Part shown: positions 8,795 to 18,361 of the stretch, in pieces
Layout: every line of letters begins with the position of its first letter
Position numbering within the stretch: the first letter of the stretch is position 1
IMG/VR virus record: IMGVR_UViG_2671181118_000006
Length of the DNA: 31,778 nucleotides
Direction: 5' to 3' (one strand)
Source of the DNA: a virus
Taxonomy: Duplodnaviria > Heunggongvirae > Uroviricota > Caudoviricetes
Notes under the pieces: generated by a model
Told to the model about the DNA's origin: nothing
Seen by the model: the letters and a program-made list of their open reading frames with translations, nothing else
Database searches by the model: none
Made by a program: the position numbers and the translations under genes

Positions 8795-10456
8795 TTATCT
8801 CCCGATTGCAATCCATCGAGCGTAAATAACGGCTGGTGATGATGTTGAATTTAATAATTTGAACTGAGTATTACTGATAGGTTGAGCTGCAAAGCTATAA
8901 GGTGCACCTGAAGCGCCAGCGTTATCATATGAAGCAACAAGCTGAACTGTACTGTAATTTGTAAAAGGTATGTGGAAATTGATTGTCTGCGGATCGCCAA
9001 TTTGACCAGAGACTGCAATACCCCACTGGATAATAGTCCCACCCGGTAAAGATGCCCAGCCGGTACCACTCGTAAAACTAGACATATCCGGTATTTGTCC
9101 AGCACCTGTACCCACATTTTTTGTTGCTGCTGTACCCAGACTGAGGCTGGAAATAGATTGAGAAACAAACTGACGGGTGGCAAGCTGTATGATGTTATTC
9201 GATGCCGAATGCCTCATGTATGGGTCTTGTTGATTGTTGGAAATAAACCCAGCCACATCACACGCATCACGTTGGATAGCGTTTATATCAGCGGGAGTGG
9301 GTTTAAATCCTGTGTGGTACAACTTATACCAGTCAGAAAATGCAGTCTGACTCGTTTTTATCCTCACACTAAAGTCAGGAATGGAACCGAGAGACGCACC
9401 GCAGATTTGCCACCCGGTTGAACCTGAGTTAGCAAATGAAATACCACCAGCCCACTGCCCAGGATAAGGACCGATATTATCTGCAGGGGCAAAATAATCA
9501 AAGCGACTGACGTCCAACGCCGCCATAGTTCCGCTTACCTGGTCTGCCTTTATCCCAAGCCCCCACCCGCCATTTAATGCAATTTTACCCGTTTTATCTG
9601 TGAAGGATGATTGCAGTGTTCCCAAACCAAGGTATGCGAGAAGACCGGCAACATCCTTCCCACTCAAATGAGTCAGCGTCTCATCCAGTGGCTGCTTACC
9701 TGACAGCGCATTGTTAATGGTGGTACTGAATTTCGGGTCATTGTTAATGGCTGCGGCAATTTCTTTCAGTGTGTCCAGCGTGTCAGGGGCACCGTTAATC
9801 AGAGCGGTAATAGCGGCCTGTACAAACGCAGTGGTCGCAATCCGCGTGGTGTTATTTCCTGCGGCAGGCGTCGGCGCTTTTGGTTCTCCGGTAAATGTCG
9901 GATTATGTTTCTGTGCATACTGGGTATGAGGATCCTGTGCGGCAATGTGGTTTCTCATCTGGTCATCCACATACAGCTTTAATTCCAGGACTTTATCATC
10001 CACGTATTTACGGGTCGCCAGTACCACCGACGGGTCGATTTTCAGCGTGATGGCTTCGGTATTCGTGACAACCAGAATCATGCGGATAGTCTGGGTACGA
10101 CCACTGCCTTCCTGCAACTGCGGTTTGTACGTTTCCGGGCAGTTCGCCACCGCAATGAGTACGCCTTCATCATCATAAAGCCCAATCTCACGGATCCAGA
10201 ATCCGCCCTCGTTCTCAGGGATGATTTGCTCCGCAATAATCTGGCTCTGGTTGTTCGGGTCAACACTCAGAAGATTCAGCGGCGCGATGCGTTTCTGGTT
10301 AATCAGTTTTGTCTGTGCCGGGTCTGGTGTCGGCAAGACACCATTCGCATCACCAACGGCCATTTGCGTCAGATTCAGCTTACTGCCGAGCATCGTCGCG
10401 TTAGCCAGCCGTGCTGCGCCCTGATTAGTCAGAATGGCGTAGTATTTCACTGTCAT
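8795..10456 (-). CDS. H: tail fibre protein H (constant N-terminus plus currently expressed variable C-terminus)
   Basis: 553 aa; N-terminus MTVKYYAILTNQGAARLA...MAVGDANG resembles the P2 H / Mu S N-terminus; crossover site at about codon 275. Confidence 0.9.
   Translation of the reverse strand: MTVKYYAILTNQGAARLANATMLGSKLNLTQMAVGDANGVLPTPDPAQTKLINQKRIAPLNLLSVDPNNQSQIIAEQIIPENEGGFWIREIGLYDDEGVLIAVANCPETYKPQLQEGSGRTQTIRMILVVTNTEAITLKIDPSVVLATRKYVDDKVLELKLYVDDQMRNHIAAQDPHTQYAQKHNPTFTGEPKAPTPAAGNNTTRIATTAFVQAAITALINGAPDTLDTLKEIAAAINNDPKFSTTINNALSGKQPLDETLTHLSGKDVAGLLAYLGLGTLQSSFTDKTGKIALNGGWGLGIKADQVSGTMAALDVSRFDYFAPADNIGPYPGQWAGGISFANSGSTGWQICGASLGSIPDFSVRIKTSQTAFSDWYKLYHTGFKPTPADINAIQRDACDVAGFISNNQQDPYMRHSASNNIIQLATRQFVSQSISSLSLGTAATKNVGTGAGQIPDMSSFTSGTGWASLPGGTIIQWGIAVSGQIGDPQTINFHIPFTNYSTVQLVASYDNAGASGAPYSFAAQPISNTQFKLLNSTSSPAVIYARWIAIGR
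9617..9642. other. invertase crossover site, hix/gix/cix-like (inside tail fibre gene H)
   Basis: TGTTCCCAAACC-AA-GGTATGCGAGAA, inverted relative to the 7312-7337 site and sharing the (T)TCCCAAACC half-site. Lies in frame inside H at about codon 275, encoding ...LAYLGLGT... Confidence 0.7.
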
Positions 10457-11064
10457 GCGTTTACTCTCAGGTTATCAATTAAATGAATGGCCGAGGCCGG
10501 GAAATAATCCCCTCCGACAATAATGGCCTCCGGGGTGTAGGGATAAACCGTCAGGGCGTCACCGTGATAGCATCCCGCACCGGCAAAAATGTTGCCGGTT
10601 GTACTTAAACTGATAGCCAGTCCCGTCAGATGGCGGCTCGCCGGTTTTGCATCAGCAACGAGGCGCTCCAGCTCCTGATACATTTCTTCGGTAATACCCT
10701 GCTCAAGCACGCCAACAACGATACGGAACGTCCCCGGCTCCTCGTTGAGCTGCCACCACTCCCTTACCTCAATCAGATAGCCGAGCGGCTCCACCACACG
10801 CCGGATTGCGCCTATAGTGCCCTTATGGCAGTGAATGAAATACGCATCGCGGATAACAGCGCGTTTTGTCGCTTCCGGCCATTTATCATCCCAGCGGTCA
10901 ACCGAAAATGACCACGCCAGCCACGGCAGCAGATTTGCCGGGCAGGTGTCCGGGTTCCACAGCTCACGAATACTGACCGGCGTTTTTTCAATTTCCGCAC
11001 AGGCTTTTGCGGCGGCAACTTCAAGCGGTGATGAGCCGGTCGGCAGCAGTCGCGAATCACTCAT
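10453..11064 (-). CDS. I: baseplate assembly protein I
   Basis: 203 aa; synteny between H and J; stop/start overlap with H. Confidence 0.85.
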   Translation of the reverse strand: MSDSRLLPTGSSPLEVAAAKACAEIEKTPVSIRELWNPDTCPANLLPWLAWSFSVDRWDDKWPEATKRAVIRDAYFIHCHKGTIGAIRRVVEPLGYLIEVREWWQLNEEPGTFRIVVGVLEQGITEEMYQELERLVADAKPASRHLTGLAISLSTTGNIFAGAGCYHGDALTVYPYTPEAIIVGGDYFPASAIHLIDNLRVNA

Positions 11065-11965
11065 CCGAGCCTCCGGTCACGACGCTGTATTCGGTACAGA
11101 AAGACGCCTGCGTATTGTTGAGCACGATGTCGGCCAGTGGTGCAGCCAGTTCGACACGCTGCACGCCTTCAACATGCAAAGCGGCATAAATGGCAGACAG
11201 ACGGATGTCGCGCCCCAGCCGGTGCTGTGCCGTGATGTACGCTTCCAGTTTTTTCACGGCGGCAGCACGGATGGGTTCGCTTTCGGGGCCAGGGTAAAGG
11301 TAAAGCGTGGCGTTTATCTGGTATTCAACGATGGCGGCAGACTGCACGGTCACGCGGTCGGCCACTGGCCTGACGTCCTCGCCATTAAGGGCGTTACGCA
11401 CCACGGCCAGCAGGTCTTCGGATGCAACACCGTTATTTTCACGTGACAGCACAGAGATGGTGACGCAGGCCGGAGACGGACTGGTGACAGAGATATCTGC
11501 GACGCGCCCGTCGGCACTGCGACCATGATACTGATAGGCTCCCACCGACCCGGCGACGCTTAAACCTTCAAACGCCTGCTGAATACGCAGACGATAATCG
11601 GTGTCAGACTCCATCACTGCCGGTGTCGGCGGGATGGTCGAATCATCTGCCGGGGTGATAGTCAGGCGCGTGGTGTTGTAATTGGCACCAATCACATCAA
11701 GGTCATTACCGGCGGCACAGGCCAGCATCACCGCCCGTGCGGCCTCATTCACACGCTGACGCCAGATAAGCTCACGATAAGCATTTTCCTCCAGCAGCTT
11801 GACGAGAGGCTCGGATTCCAGCGTCAGGGTACGGGCGACCGCCTCCTGCTGGTCTTCCGGGTAAAGGGAAATCAGTGTCGCCTTGCGTTCGGCGAGAATG
11901 GTTTCAAAGTCCAGCTCCTCGACCACATCCGGTGCGGGTAGCTGGTTCAGGTCGATAATCGGCAT
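11057..11965 (-). CDS. J: baseplate protein J
   Basis: 302 aa, same length as P2 gpJ. Confidence 0.9.
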   Translation of the reverse strand: MPIIDLNQLPAPDVVEELDFETILAERKATLISLYPEDQQEAVARTLTLESEPLVKLLEENAYRELIWRQRVNEAARAVMLACAAGNDLDVIGANYNTTRLTITPADDSTIPPTPAVMESDTDYRLRIQQAFEGLSVAGSVGAYQYHGRSADGRVADISVTSPSPACVTISVLSRENNGVASEDLLAVVRNALNGEDVRPVADRVTVQSAAIVEYQINATLYLYPGPESEPIRAAAVKKLEAYITAQHRLGRDIRLSAIYAALHVEGVQRVELAAPLADIVLNNTQASFCTEYSVVTGGSDE

Positions 11966-11969
11966 GGTT

Positions 11970-12317
11970 TCAACTCACAGGGATGGTTAACGAAAGTGGC
12001 TGGCCGGTGTCGTTGTGCTGGCCGGTTAACGTGACCGTCATTCGCCCGTCAAAACTGCGCGCCGTAGTGACGGATGACAGGGTGACGCGGGGTTCCCATT
12101 TCAGCACCGCCATGTAACAGGCGACCTTAATCTGCAACTCAAGCGCCTGGGTCTGCGGCTGGTCAATCATTGATGCCAGCAACGAGCCGTAATCACGACG
12201 CATCACCCGTGAGCCGACCGGTGTGCGCAGGATATCGCCGATACTCTGGCTGATATGCTCAAGGTCAGTGACAGTCAGGCCATCACTGCGATTCATTCCG
12301 AGATAACGTGCTGTCAT
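11970..12317 (-). CDS. W: baseplate wedge protein W
   Basis: 115 aa, same length as P2 gpW. Confidence 0.9.
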   Translation of the reverse strand: MTARYLGMNRSDGLTVTDLEHISQSIGDILRTPVGSRVMRRDYGSLLASMIDQPQTQALELQIKVACYMAVLKWEPRVTLSSVTTARSFDGRMTVTLTGQHNDTGQPLSLTIPVS

Positions 12318-12949
12318 AGAGGACTCCCGGTTGTGCCGCCGCTGTCTCCTGGGTGTTTGTGGGTATGCAGTACCTTACCGTTTGATGAGAGTTCACCGCC
12401 GGTGTGTTCAATGTTGCCGCGCATCGTCCCGCCCTTCTGCACTTCCAGCGTGCCGGTAATCAGCCTGTTGGTGCAGACCACCTCCGGTGTGTCCAGGGTG
12501 ACGCGGGTTGATGCTTTCACCATGACCACCGGCACCGTGGCAGTAACAGAATCAGAAGCCGTCACGCTGACCGTTTTAATTCCGCTTACCGTGAGTGCAC
12601 TGGTTTCGGGTTCATATTCAATCACCGCCCCGTCAGGGAAACGGATATGCAGGGCATCCGCCGACGCAGACGGCGCGGGGTTATCGCCGGAATAAATCCC
12701 CGGCAGAACGAACGCCGTGTCGAGTTCACCGCCCACGGCCAGAATCAGCACCTGTTCACCCACGGAAGGTGCCCACCATGTGCGCGAACGTCCTGCGCGA
12801 TGGGTCAGCCACTGAAGCCAGTCGGTGCACATGCCGCCGGTCTGCACACGGCAGCGACCGGCGTTAAGGTCGGTTTCGACGATAATGCCGGTGCGGATCA
12901 TGTTGCGCAGTGCGCGCGCGAGTTCCTGAATATTTGCGAGAGTGTTCAT
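12314..12949 (-). CDS. V: baseplate spike protein V
   Basis: 211 aa, same length as P2 gpV. Confidence 0.9.
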   Translation of the reverse strand: MNTLANIQELARALRNMIRTGIIVETDLNAGRCRVQTGGMCTDWLQWLTHRAGRSRTWWAPSVGEQVLILAVGGELDTAFVLPGIYSGDNPAPSASADALHIRFPDGAVIEYEPETSALTVSGIKTVSVTASDSVTATVPVVMVKASTRVTLDTPEVVCTNRLITGTLEVQKGGTMRGNIEHTGGELSSNGKVLHTHKHPGDSGGTTGSPL

Positions 12950-13015
12950 AACGGGAAGGATGCCGCCGGGTCATACCGGCGGCAATGTGACGATGAGGTG
13001 TCGGGAATGGCACAA

Positions 13016-13468
13016 CTAACGGTCGAGGTGAGCCAGAATAATCTCTTCAATCATCTGCACATCCTCACTGGTAAAGCCGAGCAGGGGACGCGCCGGATAA
13101 TCAATTTTCTTACCGTCTTTCCGGTTTTCTTCCGACAGACCGAACTGATGCACGCTGGCGATTTTCGGTGACTTCCCGCCGTAAAACTCCATTGATGCCT
13201 GTTCCGGGCTGGCGCGGATATGCAAAAAACGACTGGTGATAAGTTTCGCAAACATTTTTCGCTTAACACGACCAGTCTTTTTTCTGGCGCTCTGCTGCTG
13301 GCGTGGCGCGTAGGGTGTGCCGTCCGGGGCTTTCTGAGCCATCACCCGACGCTGCTGACTCTGCCGCAGACGTTTCGCCAGTTCGGCGCTCAGTCGCCGA
13401 CGCCCTGACGGTGACAGCGATTCAATCAGTCCGGTCAGCCGGTCTTCAAAACGCTTAAACTCATTCAT
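13016..13468 (-). CDS. S: tail completion protein S
   Basis: 150 aa, same length as P2 gpS. Confidence 0.9.
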   Translation of the reverse strand: MNEFKRFEDRLTGLIESLSPSGRRRLSAELAKRLRQSQQRRVMAQKAPDGTPYAPRQQQSARKKTGRVKRKMFAKLITSRFLHIRASPEQASMEFYGGKSPKIASVHQFGLSEENRKDGKKIDYPARPLLGFTSEDVQMIEEIILAHLDR

Positions 13469-13928
13469 CCCACTTGCTCACCAGTTCGCCATTGATATAA
13501 AGCTCCACCGGGCGGGTGACCGGCTCCGGCGGCGTGGGTTCCGGGATATTCTTCACATGCAGTGCGCCGTCCACCTCACTGACCAGCGTGCGCTCGGTCA
13601 GCATCAGGCTGATGCTGATATCAAAGCTGCTGTCATTGTTGATGTCTGCATAAAACGTGAAGCCCTTTTTCTGGCCTGCGTCGGTGGTCATGATGTCGGG
13701 CTGATTCTCCCGCAGCCACGCCAGCACCGGCACAATGAGCAGGTCAAAATCACCGGTAAAGTCGGTCACAATCACATTGAGCGTGTAACGCTTTTCGAAT
13801 GACAGCGACGTCGCCAGTGTGGAGGCAATACTCCCGTTATCCACGAATATCCGCAGCATCTCGGGGTTAGTTTTCAGCACCGTGACGGCATCAGTCAGCG
13901 CCCTGCGCAGGCTGTCGGGTTTGAGCAT
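13461..13928 (-). CDS. R: tail completion protein R
   Basis: 155 aa, same length as P2 gpR. Confidence 0.9.
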   Translation of the reverse strand: MLKPDSLRRALTDAVTVLKTNPEMLRIFVDNGSIASTLATSLSFEKRYTLNVIVTDFTGDFDLLIVPVLAWLRENQPDIMTTDAGQKKGFTFYADINNDSSFDISISLMLTERTLVSEVDGALHVKNIPEPTPPEPVTRPVELYINGELVSKWDE

Positions 13929-14181
13929 CGTTTTCGTCCTGACAGTGTTTAATCATTTTTACCTGGCTGGCACAGCGTGCCAGCGCGTTCTCAAGCTGCC
14001 GGATATCGGCACTTAAATCGCCGTTCGTCTCCGGGTCACTGCCCGGCATCGGGCAAAGGCTCACTTTCGGGCAGGCGTTGGGGACAATCACTGGCGTCAG
14101 TGCAGGCGGGGCGCTGGTGCAACCGGCGCACAGCATCAGGCAGGTCAGCACCGTACCAGCGGCGAAAATCTTCGTTTTCAT
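13891..14181 (-). CDS. lysC: LysC, outer-membrane lipoprotein spanin (Rz1-like), embedded in lysB
   Basis: Start at the internal ATG 14179-14181: MKTKIFAAGTVLTCLMLCAGC..., a signal peptide with a lipobox (LCAGC). Reading frame is nested within and extends past lysB. Confidence 0.8.
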   Translation of the reverse strand: MKTKIFAAGTVLTCLMLCAGCTSAPPALTPVIVPNACPKVSLCPMPGSDPETNGDLSADIRQLENALARCASQVKMIKHCQDENDAQTRQPAQGAD

Positions 14182-14461
14182 TAAGTAACCTCGTGATGGT
14201 TTTCTCGCGCTGTGCTTCACGCTTCGCGGCGTTCTCCAGTTCCTGACGCAGTGCCACCTGCGCCAGCTCGTTTTTGTCTGCCCTGGTGATGGCAACATGA
14301 AGCTGATTTTGCAGCATGGTGATGGTCGTCTGCTGCCCGCTGGCGACGTTGTTCGCCCTGTCCAGCGAGGCGCGCAGGCTGGCGTTTTCATGCTTCACCA
14401 GAAACAGCCCCGCCACCGCCAGCGATAACAGCACAACCATCACAATCATCAGCTTTGACAT
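14036..14461 (-). CDS. lysB: LysB, inner-membrane spanin (Rz-like)
   Basis: 141 aa, same length as P2 LysB; N-terminal TM helix then a coiled-coil region. Confidence 0.9.
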   Translation of the reverse strand: MSKLMIVMVVLLSLAVAGLFLVKHENASLRASLDRANNVASGQQTTITMLQNQLHVAITRADKNELAQVALRQELENAAKREAQREKTITRLLNENEDFRRWYGADLPDAVRRLHQRPACTDASDCPQRLPESEPLPDAGQ

Positions 14462-14874
14462 GGTTCCCGCCCCTCAAAACGCTGACGGCAGGCCGTACGT
14501 ATCAGCCGGAAGAACACCGACGCCACGAGATAAATCAGCGCGGTAAAAATCCACCCGGCAGCGACCAGCGAGATAAACGTCGCCACCATCACCACCAGAG
14601 CCACCGCCCGTCTGCGCCACGGCACCGGCTGCAAAAACAGCGACGTGACAATCTTCACGGCCAGCGATTCCGGCGGAAGCTCCCGCCCGTAGCGTTCCAG
14701 CACATACTCCGTGGCATACACGCCGACACCACCGGCAACCACACAGATAACCGTCGCCAGAATCGCCCAGGTGGCGACAAAACTGACGGCCACGCTCTGC
14801 GGGTAAATCAGGGACAGTGCCAGCATCAGCGCCAGCGACACGTTCAGCATCAGTGAAAGGGATAATTTCTTCAT
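14449..14874 (-). CDS. lysA: LysA lysis-timing membrane protein
   Basis: 141 aa, same length as P2 LysA; several hydrophobic helices. Confidence 0.85.
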   Translation of the reverse strand: MKKLSLSLMLNVSLALMLALSLIYPQSVAVSFVATWAILATVICVVAGGVGVYATEYVLERYGRELPPESLAVKIVTSLFLQPVPWRRRAVALVVMVATFISLVAAGWIFTALIYLVASVFFRLIRTACRQRFEGREPCQS

Positions 14875-14888
14875 GGTGTTTACTCCGT

Positions 14889-15386
14889 TTAAGCCGGTAC
14901 GCCGCCAGCGGTACGCCAGACGGTGACCAGTTTTTCCAGTGAATGCTCACGCTGACCGTAACCGGCACCCGGCAGGGACGCCCAGATATTGCGACAGCGT
15001 GAAATGGCGCGCTCAATGCGTCCCGCCCGGATGTCATCCAGTGCACCGCGTTCGCGGATCAACTGAATGGCAAGTCTGTCCTGTGACAACGGACTGAAAT
15101 CCGGCAGGGCAAGCTGTTTGCGGTAATGCGGCCAGAACAGGTAAAGCTGCTGATAGCGACCGGAGGCCGTGGATTTTTCACCGCGACGGTTAAACACCTT
15201 CGCCGGTCGGCCATGTGCGAACGGGTGGTCACTGTAGTCGGTGAAAATTTCCGGCTTCCCGTCCAGTCCGGTGACTATCACGTCATAGCCCCGGTTTTTC
15301 GTCAGCGGATGGTTTGCCGTCCCTTCGGACACGGCCAGCATGTCGAGAAAGGCGGCGATATTCTGATGCGTGTTAATAACCGGCAT
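14889..15386 (-). CDS. K: endolysin (lysozyme)
   Basis: 165 aa, same length as P2 gpK; position between holin Y and lysA. Confidence 0.9.
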   Translation of the reverse strand: MPVINTHQNIAAFLDMLAVSEGTANHPLTKNRGYDVIVTGLDGKPEIFTDYSDHPFAHGRPAKVFNRRGEKSTASGRYQQLYLFWPHYRKQLALPDFSPLSQDRLAIQLIRERGALDDIRAGRIERAISRCRNIWASLPGAGYGQREHSLEKLVTVWRTAGGVPA

Positions 15387-15667
15387 TACGGTTTCCCCCT
15401 GTCCTTAAAGCGGCGCTGAATGGCAATCTCAATCACCTGATAACCGGCGATACCCAGCATGGAGCCGATGCCGCACACCGCAGGCAGTGACAGGTCAGGA
15501 AACTGCACCAGAACAACACCGGCAACCATCGAGACAAAACCACCGAGCAACATGCGCCCGATAAACAGACGCGGGGTGATGGGTTCACCACCGGCAAGCA
15601 CCTTGCCGACAACAATCAGCACTCCAATCATAAAAAGCGACAGGACGCTTTTTTCTTCTGCTGTCAT
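15386..15667 (-). CDS. Y: holin
   Basis: 93 aa, same length as P2 gpY; TM helices and a charged C-terminus. Confidence 0.9.
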   Translation of the reverse strand: MTAEEKSVLSLFMIGVLIVVGKVLAGGEPITPRLFIGRMLLGGFVSMVAGVVLVQFPDLSLPAVCGIGSMLGIAGYQVIEIAIQRRFKDRGKP

Positions 15668-15670
15668 GCG

Positions 15671-15874
15671 TTACTCCCACAGATTGACAGTTTCAGCCAC
15701 GGGCGCGGTCTGAACGTCGGGCAGTTCGACGGCGGTGCCGTGCGGCAGCACCGCGCCCAGTTCAGCCAGTCCCGGATTTGCGGCGAGCACGGTCTCAACC
15801 ACGCCCTCAATGCGCCCGTAATACCGGACACAAATGGCATCGAGCGTGTCGCCCTGTAGCGCAAAGGTCTTCAT
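15671..15874 (-). CDS. X: tail protein X
   Basis: 67 aa from the ATG at 15872-15874 (MKTFALQGDTLDAICVRYYGR...), same length as P2 gpX; start overlaps the L stop. Confidence 0.85.
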   Translation of the reverse strand: MKTFALQGDTLDAICVRYYGRIEGVVETVLAANPGLAELGAVLPHGTAVELPDVQTAPVAETVNLWE

Positions 15875-16383
15875 CAGATTTGACTCACGATGCAGCGCGG
15901 CTTGTCCTGGATACGCGCCACTGCCCAGCGCATATCCCGCCACAGCTCATCAATGGTGCTGTCAATGCTGTCGGCCTTCTTGTCGCCTTTCGCACTGGCA
16001 TCCACACCGCGATAACGTTCATAAAGCGACGCGGTCGCCATCGCACACACGGCGCGCTCGTAGTAAAAAACTTTGATGCTTTCACCGTCGATGTCGTCCG
16101 CCGGGACGTCCGCCAGACGCGTAAAACCGGCGGCAATTTTCTGTTCGCGGTACTCGTACAGCTCCGCATTCGTCTCCGCCATGCCTGACTTGATGGCCTC
16201 ACGCAGACGGGCGGGGGCGACGGTCTGCTCAAGGCGCATACGTTCCCGGACGCGCTTCGGGTCGATATCGGGAAAAAAGAACGTGTTTTTAATCACCGGC
16301 TCGTCGCCTGCCGGTTGCGGGATGACCACCGTACCCTCACCGGACACGGGAGCCTCCTTTCGCGGAATAATCAGCGTCATCAT
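15874..16383 (-). CDS. L: capsid completion protein L
   Basis: 169 aa from the ATG at 16381-16383 (MMTLIIPRKE...), same length as P2 gpL; the track ORF has a non-ATG extension. Confidence 0.85.
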   Translation of the reverse strand: MMTLIIPRKEAPVSGEGTVVIPQPAGDEPVIKNTFFFPDIDPKRVRERMRLEQTVAPARLREAIKSGMAETNAELYEYREQKIAAGFTRLADVPADDIDGESIKVFYYERAVCAMATASLYERYRGVDASAKGDKKADSIDSTIDELWRDMRWAVARIQDKPRCIVSQI

Positions 16384-16482
16384 GACTACCTCTGAAAAGT
16401 CGGGCGGTGGACGCCGGTGCAGTGTCAGGTGATTCACCCTCACTGACCGGCGTGCCGCCCTGGCGCGGGGCGCATTCGGTTG

Positions 16483-17226
16483 TTAACTGGCTTTCTTTTT
16501 CGGGCGTCCACGTTTTGCCGGTGTCACGCTCCGGATCTTACGCGGGGCGCGGGTGGCCGCTTTGGGCTGCGGCTCCGGCTTCGGTTTCAGCTCCCGCTCC
16601 AGTCGTTCAATCTCTTTTTTGACGCCTGCCTGACAGTCGAGCTGTGTCGCACGTTGCAGGTGAGCCAGCGCACCGGCGGCATCACCAGCGTCACGCAGAA
16701 ACAGACCGGTGATTTTGTGCAGCTTTGCGCGCACTTCATCAGGCATGTCAGCCGTGGCGGTCAGTTCAAGGGTCTCCGTCAGCAGGCGGGTATCCACAGA
16801 CTCACCGGCAGCGTGAGCGCGCATGGCCGCGAGCGCTACCTCCTCGGTGAACATGTACGGCGGGGTACGGCGGTGTTTACCCGGCATGGTCAGACCGTAT
16901 TTCAGGGCATAACGGGCAATCTCAAGCGCACCGGCAATATCGCCGGTATCCAGACGCCACAGCATGACCGTCATCAGAATGTCATCCTGTGCACCTTTGC
17001 CCTGCTCCAGCACGCCGTTCACCCACGGCAACCAGAACGGCAGCAGTTCGCGTTTTTTCGCGGCCTTCAGCTCTTTTGAATAAATCGCTTTCAGTGTGCG
17101 CTGGTCTGCGGCGAGCTTAACCAGCATCTGCTCATAGACAGTTGCATGTCGCAGCGGGGCGGCTTCCCGCTGCGCGGTCATCGCTGCCGAGACCCGCATC
17201 ATGTGGCGCTGTGCGGGACTCGTCAT
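16483..17226 (-). CDS. M: terminase small (endonuclease) subunit M
   Basis: 247 aa, same length as P2 gpM; basic C-terminal tail (KRGRPKKKAS). Confidence 0.9.
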   Translation of the reverse strand: MTSPAQRHMMRVSAAMTAQREAAPLRHATVYEQMLVKLAADQRTLKAIYSKELKAAKKRELLPFWLPWVNGVLEQGKGAQDDILMTVMLWRLDTGDIAGALEIARYALKYGLTMPGKHRRTPPYMFTEEVALAAMRAHAAGESVDTRLLTETLELTATADMPDEVRAKLHKITGLFLRDAGDAAGALAHLQRATQLDCQAGVKKEIERLERELKPKPEPQPKAATRAPRKIRSVTPAKRGRPKKKAS

Positions 17227-17229
17227 CGG

Positions 17230-18303
17230 TTACGCTCCCGGCTCTGCGGTCGCTTTAGCCAGTGTGGAGAAATCACCGACCTTAATTTTTTCCACCAGAC
17301 AACCGGCGGCGTAGTCTTCCACCACGTAATCAATGTTCATTGACTCGTAGTTCTCCACGCGGTCGAGTTTCGGGTTTTCCTCAATCACGCGGCGATGGCT
17401 GTCATCCATGTAGTAGATGGACAGGTTTTCCAGCTTTGTGATGAGCATCGCATCCGCCGGAAAGTACGGGACGCGTACCGCCGGCAGGTTACCGATGCGT
17501 TTCTGGCTGATGATGACGTCAGCGGCCAGCATTTCGCTGTTGTCCTGCTCCTTGTTGACGATGGGAAAATACTTGTCCGCCAGTAGCTGACGTCCCACAA
17601 CCACCACAAGGTCAGGGTCTTCCTGATACCACGGCTCAATCAGGTTGTTGGTCGCATCCATCACCAGTGCGTCAAGGCTGGCATAATCACCGCCCTTACC
17701 CACGCGGATAACCTCAGAGGTGGTGTGCCCTTCCTCGTCAGTGACCTTGCTCATCACGCGCGCCGGGGCTTCATTGCGGTATTTCTGCAGCCAGCCGACC
17801 GCCACATCCTGCAGCATCGGATTGCTGCTGCGGTCAGAGGTTTCGGCACGCCTCACGCCGTTAAAACCGGCCATGATTAAATCAAGGGACTGGCGTTTGA
17901 TAATGGCGTTACGGACACGGAGCTGGAAATCCTGATAACGCGCCCACAGGTCCAGCGTTTTGTAGCGGATATAAAAATCGAAGTTAATCTGGTCGCATTC
18001 GTACTTGTTTGACGCCAGCTTCGAGAAGTCCTTCGGCTGACGCTCGGTGCCACCGGCGGTGTCGGTGGTGCTGGCGATGGAGCCGGTGACACCGATGCCA
18101 ATTTTTTCCCCTTTCATTTCGCTGACCGGCACAATGTTGATGCGGGTCAGAAAGTCAGAGGACTCCTGCATGGTGTTCATCAGGGTCTGGGTGACCGACG
18201 GTTCAACGGTGAATTTTTTCGACACATCACCGGCGTCGATGCCGTTCAGTTCGGCAACACGGGACAGGTAGGCATTAAATTTAAAGCGGGTTTCCTGGCG
18301 CAT
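17230..18303 (-). CDS. N: major capsid protein N
   Basis: 357 aa, same length as P2 gpN. Confidence 0.9.
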   Translation of the reverse strand: MRQETRFKFNAYLSRVAELNGIDAGDVSKKFTVEPSVTQTLMNTMQESSDFLTRINIVPVSEMKGEKIGIGVTGSIASTTDTAGGTERQPKDFSKLASNKYECDQINFDFYIRYKTLDLWARYQDFQLRVRNAIIKRQSLDLIMAGFNGVRRAETSDRSSNPMLQDVAVGWLQKYRNEAPARVMSKVTDEEGHTTSEVIRVGKGGDYASLDALVMDATNNLIEPWYQEDPDLVVVVGRQLLADKYFPIVNKEQDNSEMLAADVIISQKRIGNLPAVRVPYFPADAMLITKLENLSIYYMDDSHRRVIEENPKLDRVENYESMNIDYVVEDYAAGCLVEKIKVGDFSTLAKATAEPGA

Positions 18304-18361
18304 AGTTTTTCCTGAAATTAAGGGTTAATCGTGAAGGTTTTCCCGGACTGACTGACGCCGG

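Larger units (their letters stand above)
7312..9642. other. invertible tail-fibre host-range segment (Mu G-segment-like)
   Basis: Bounded by the two inverted crossover sites. Contains the 3' variable part of H plus G in the expressed orientation, and a promoter-less alternative H 3' part plus alternative assembly gene in the opposite orientation. Confidence 0.75.

Noticed and set aside
12950-13015. Late promoters with the Ogr-binding TGT-N12-ACA dyad upstream of V, and similarly upstream of P/O and FI
   Set aside because: Late promoters are expected at these positions, but I could not find a clean TGT-N12-ACA dyad by manual scanning of the three intergenic regions, so no promoter features were called.
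14474-15046. 190-aa ORF on the minus strand overlapping lysA and K
   Set aside because: It lies out of frame across two well-supported genes whose lengths match P2 (lysA 141 aa, K 165 aa), and its Arg/Gly/Cys-rich composition is typical of an alternate-frame artefact in GC-rich coding DNA.
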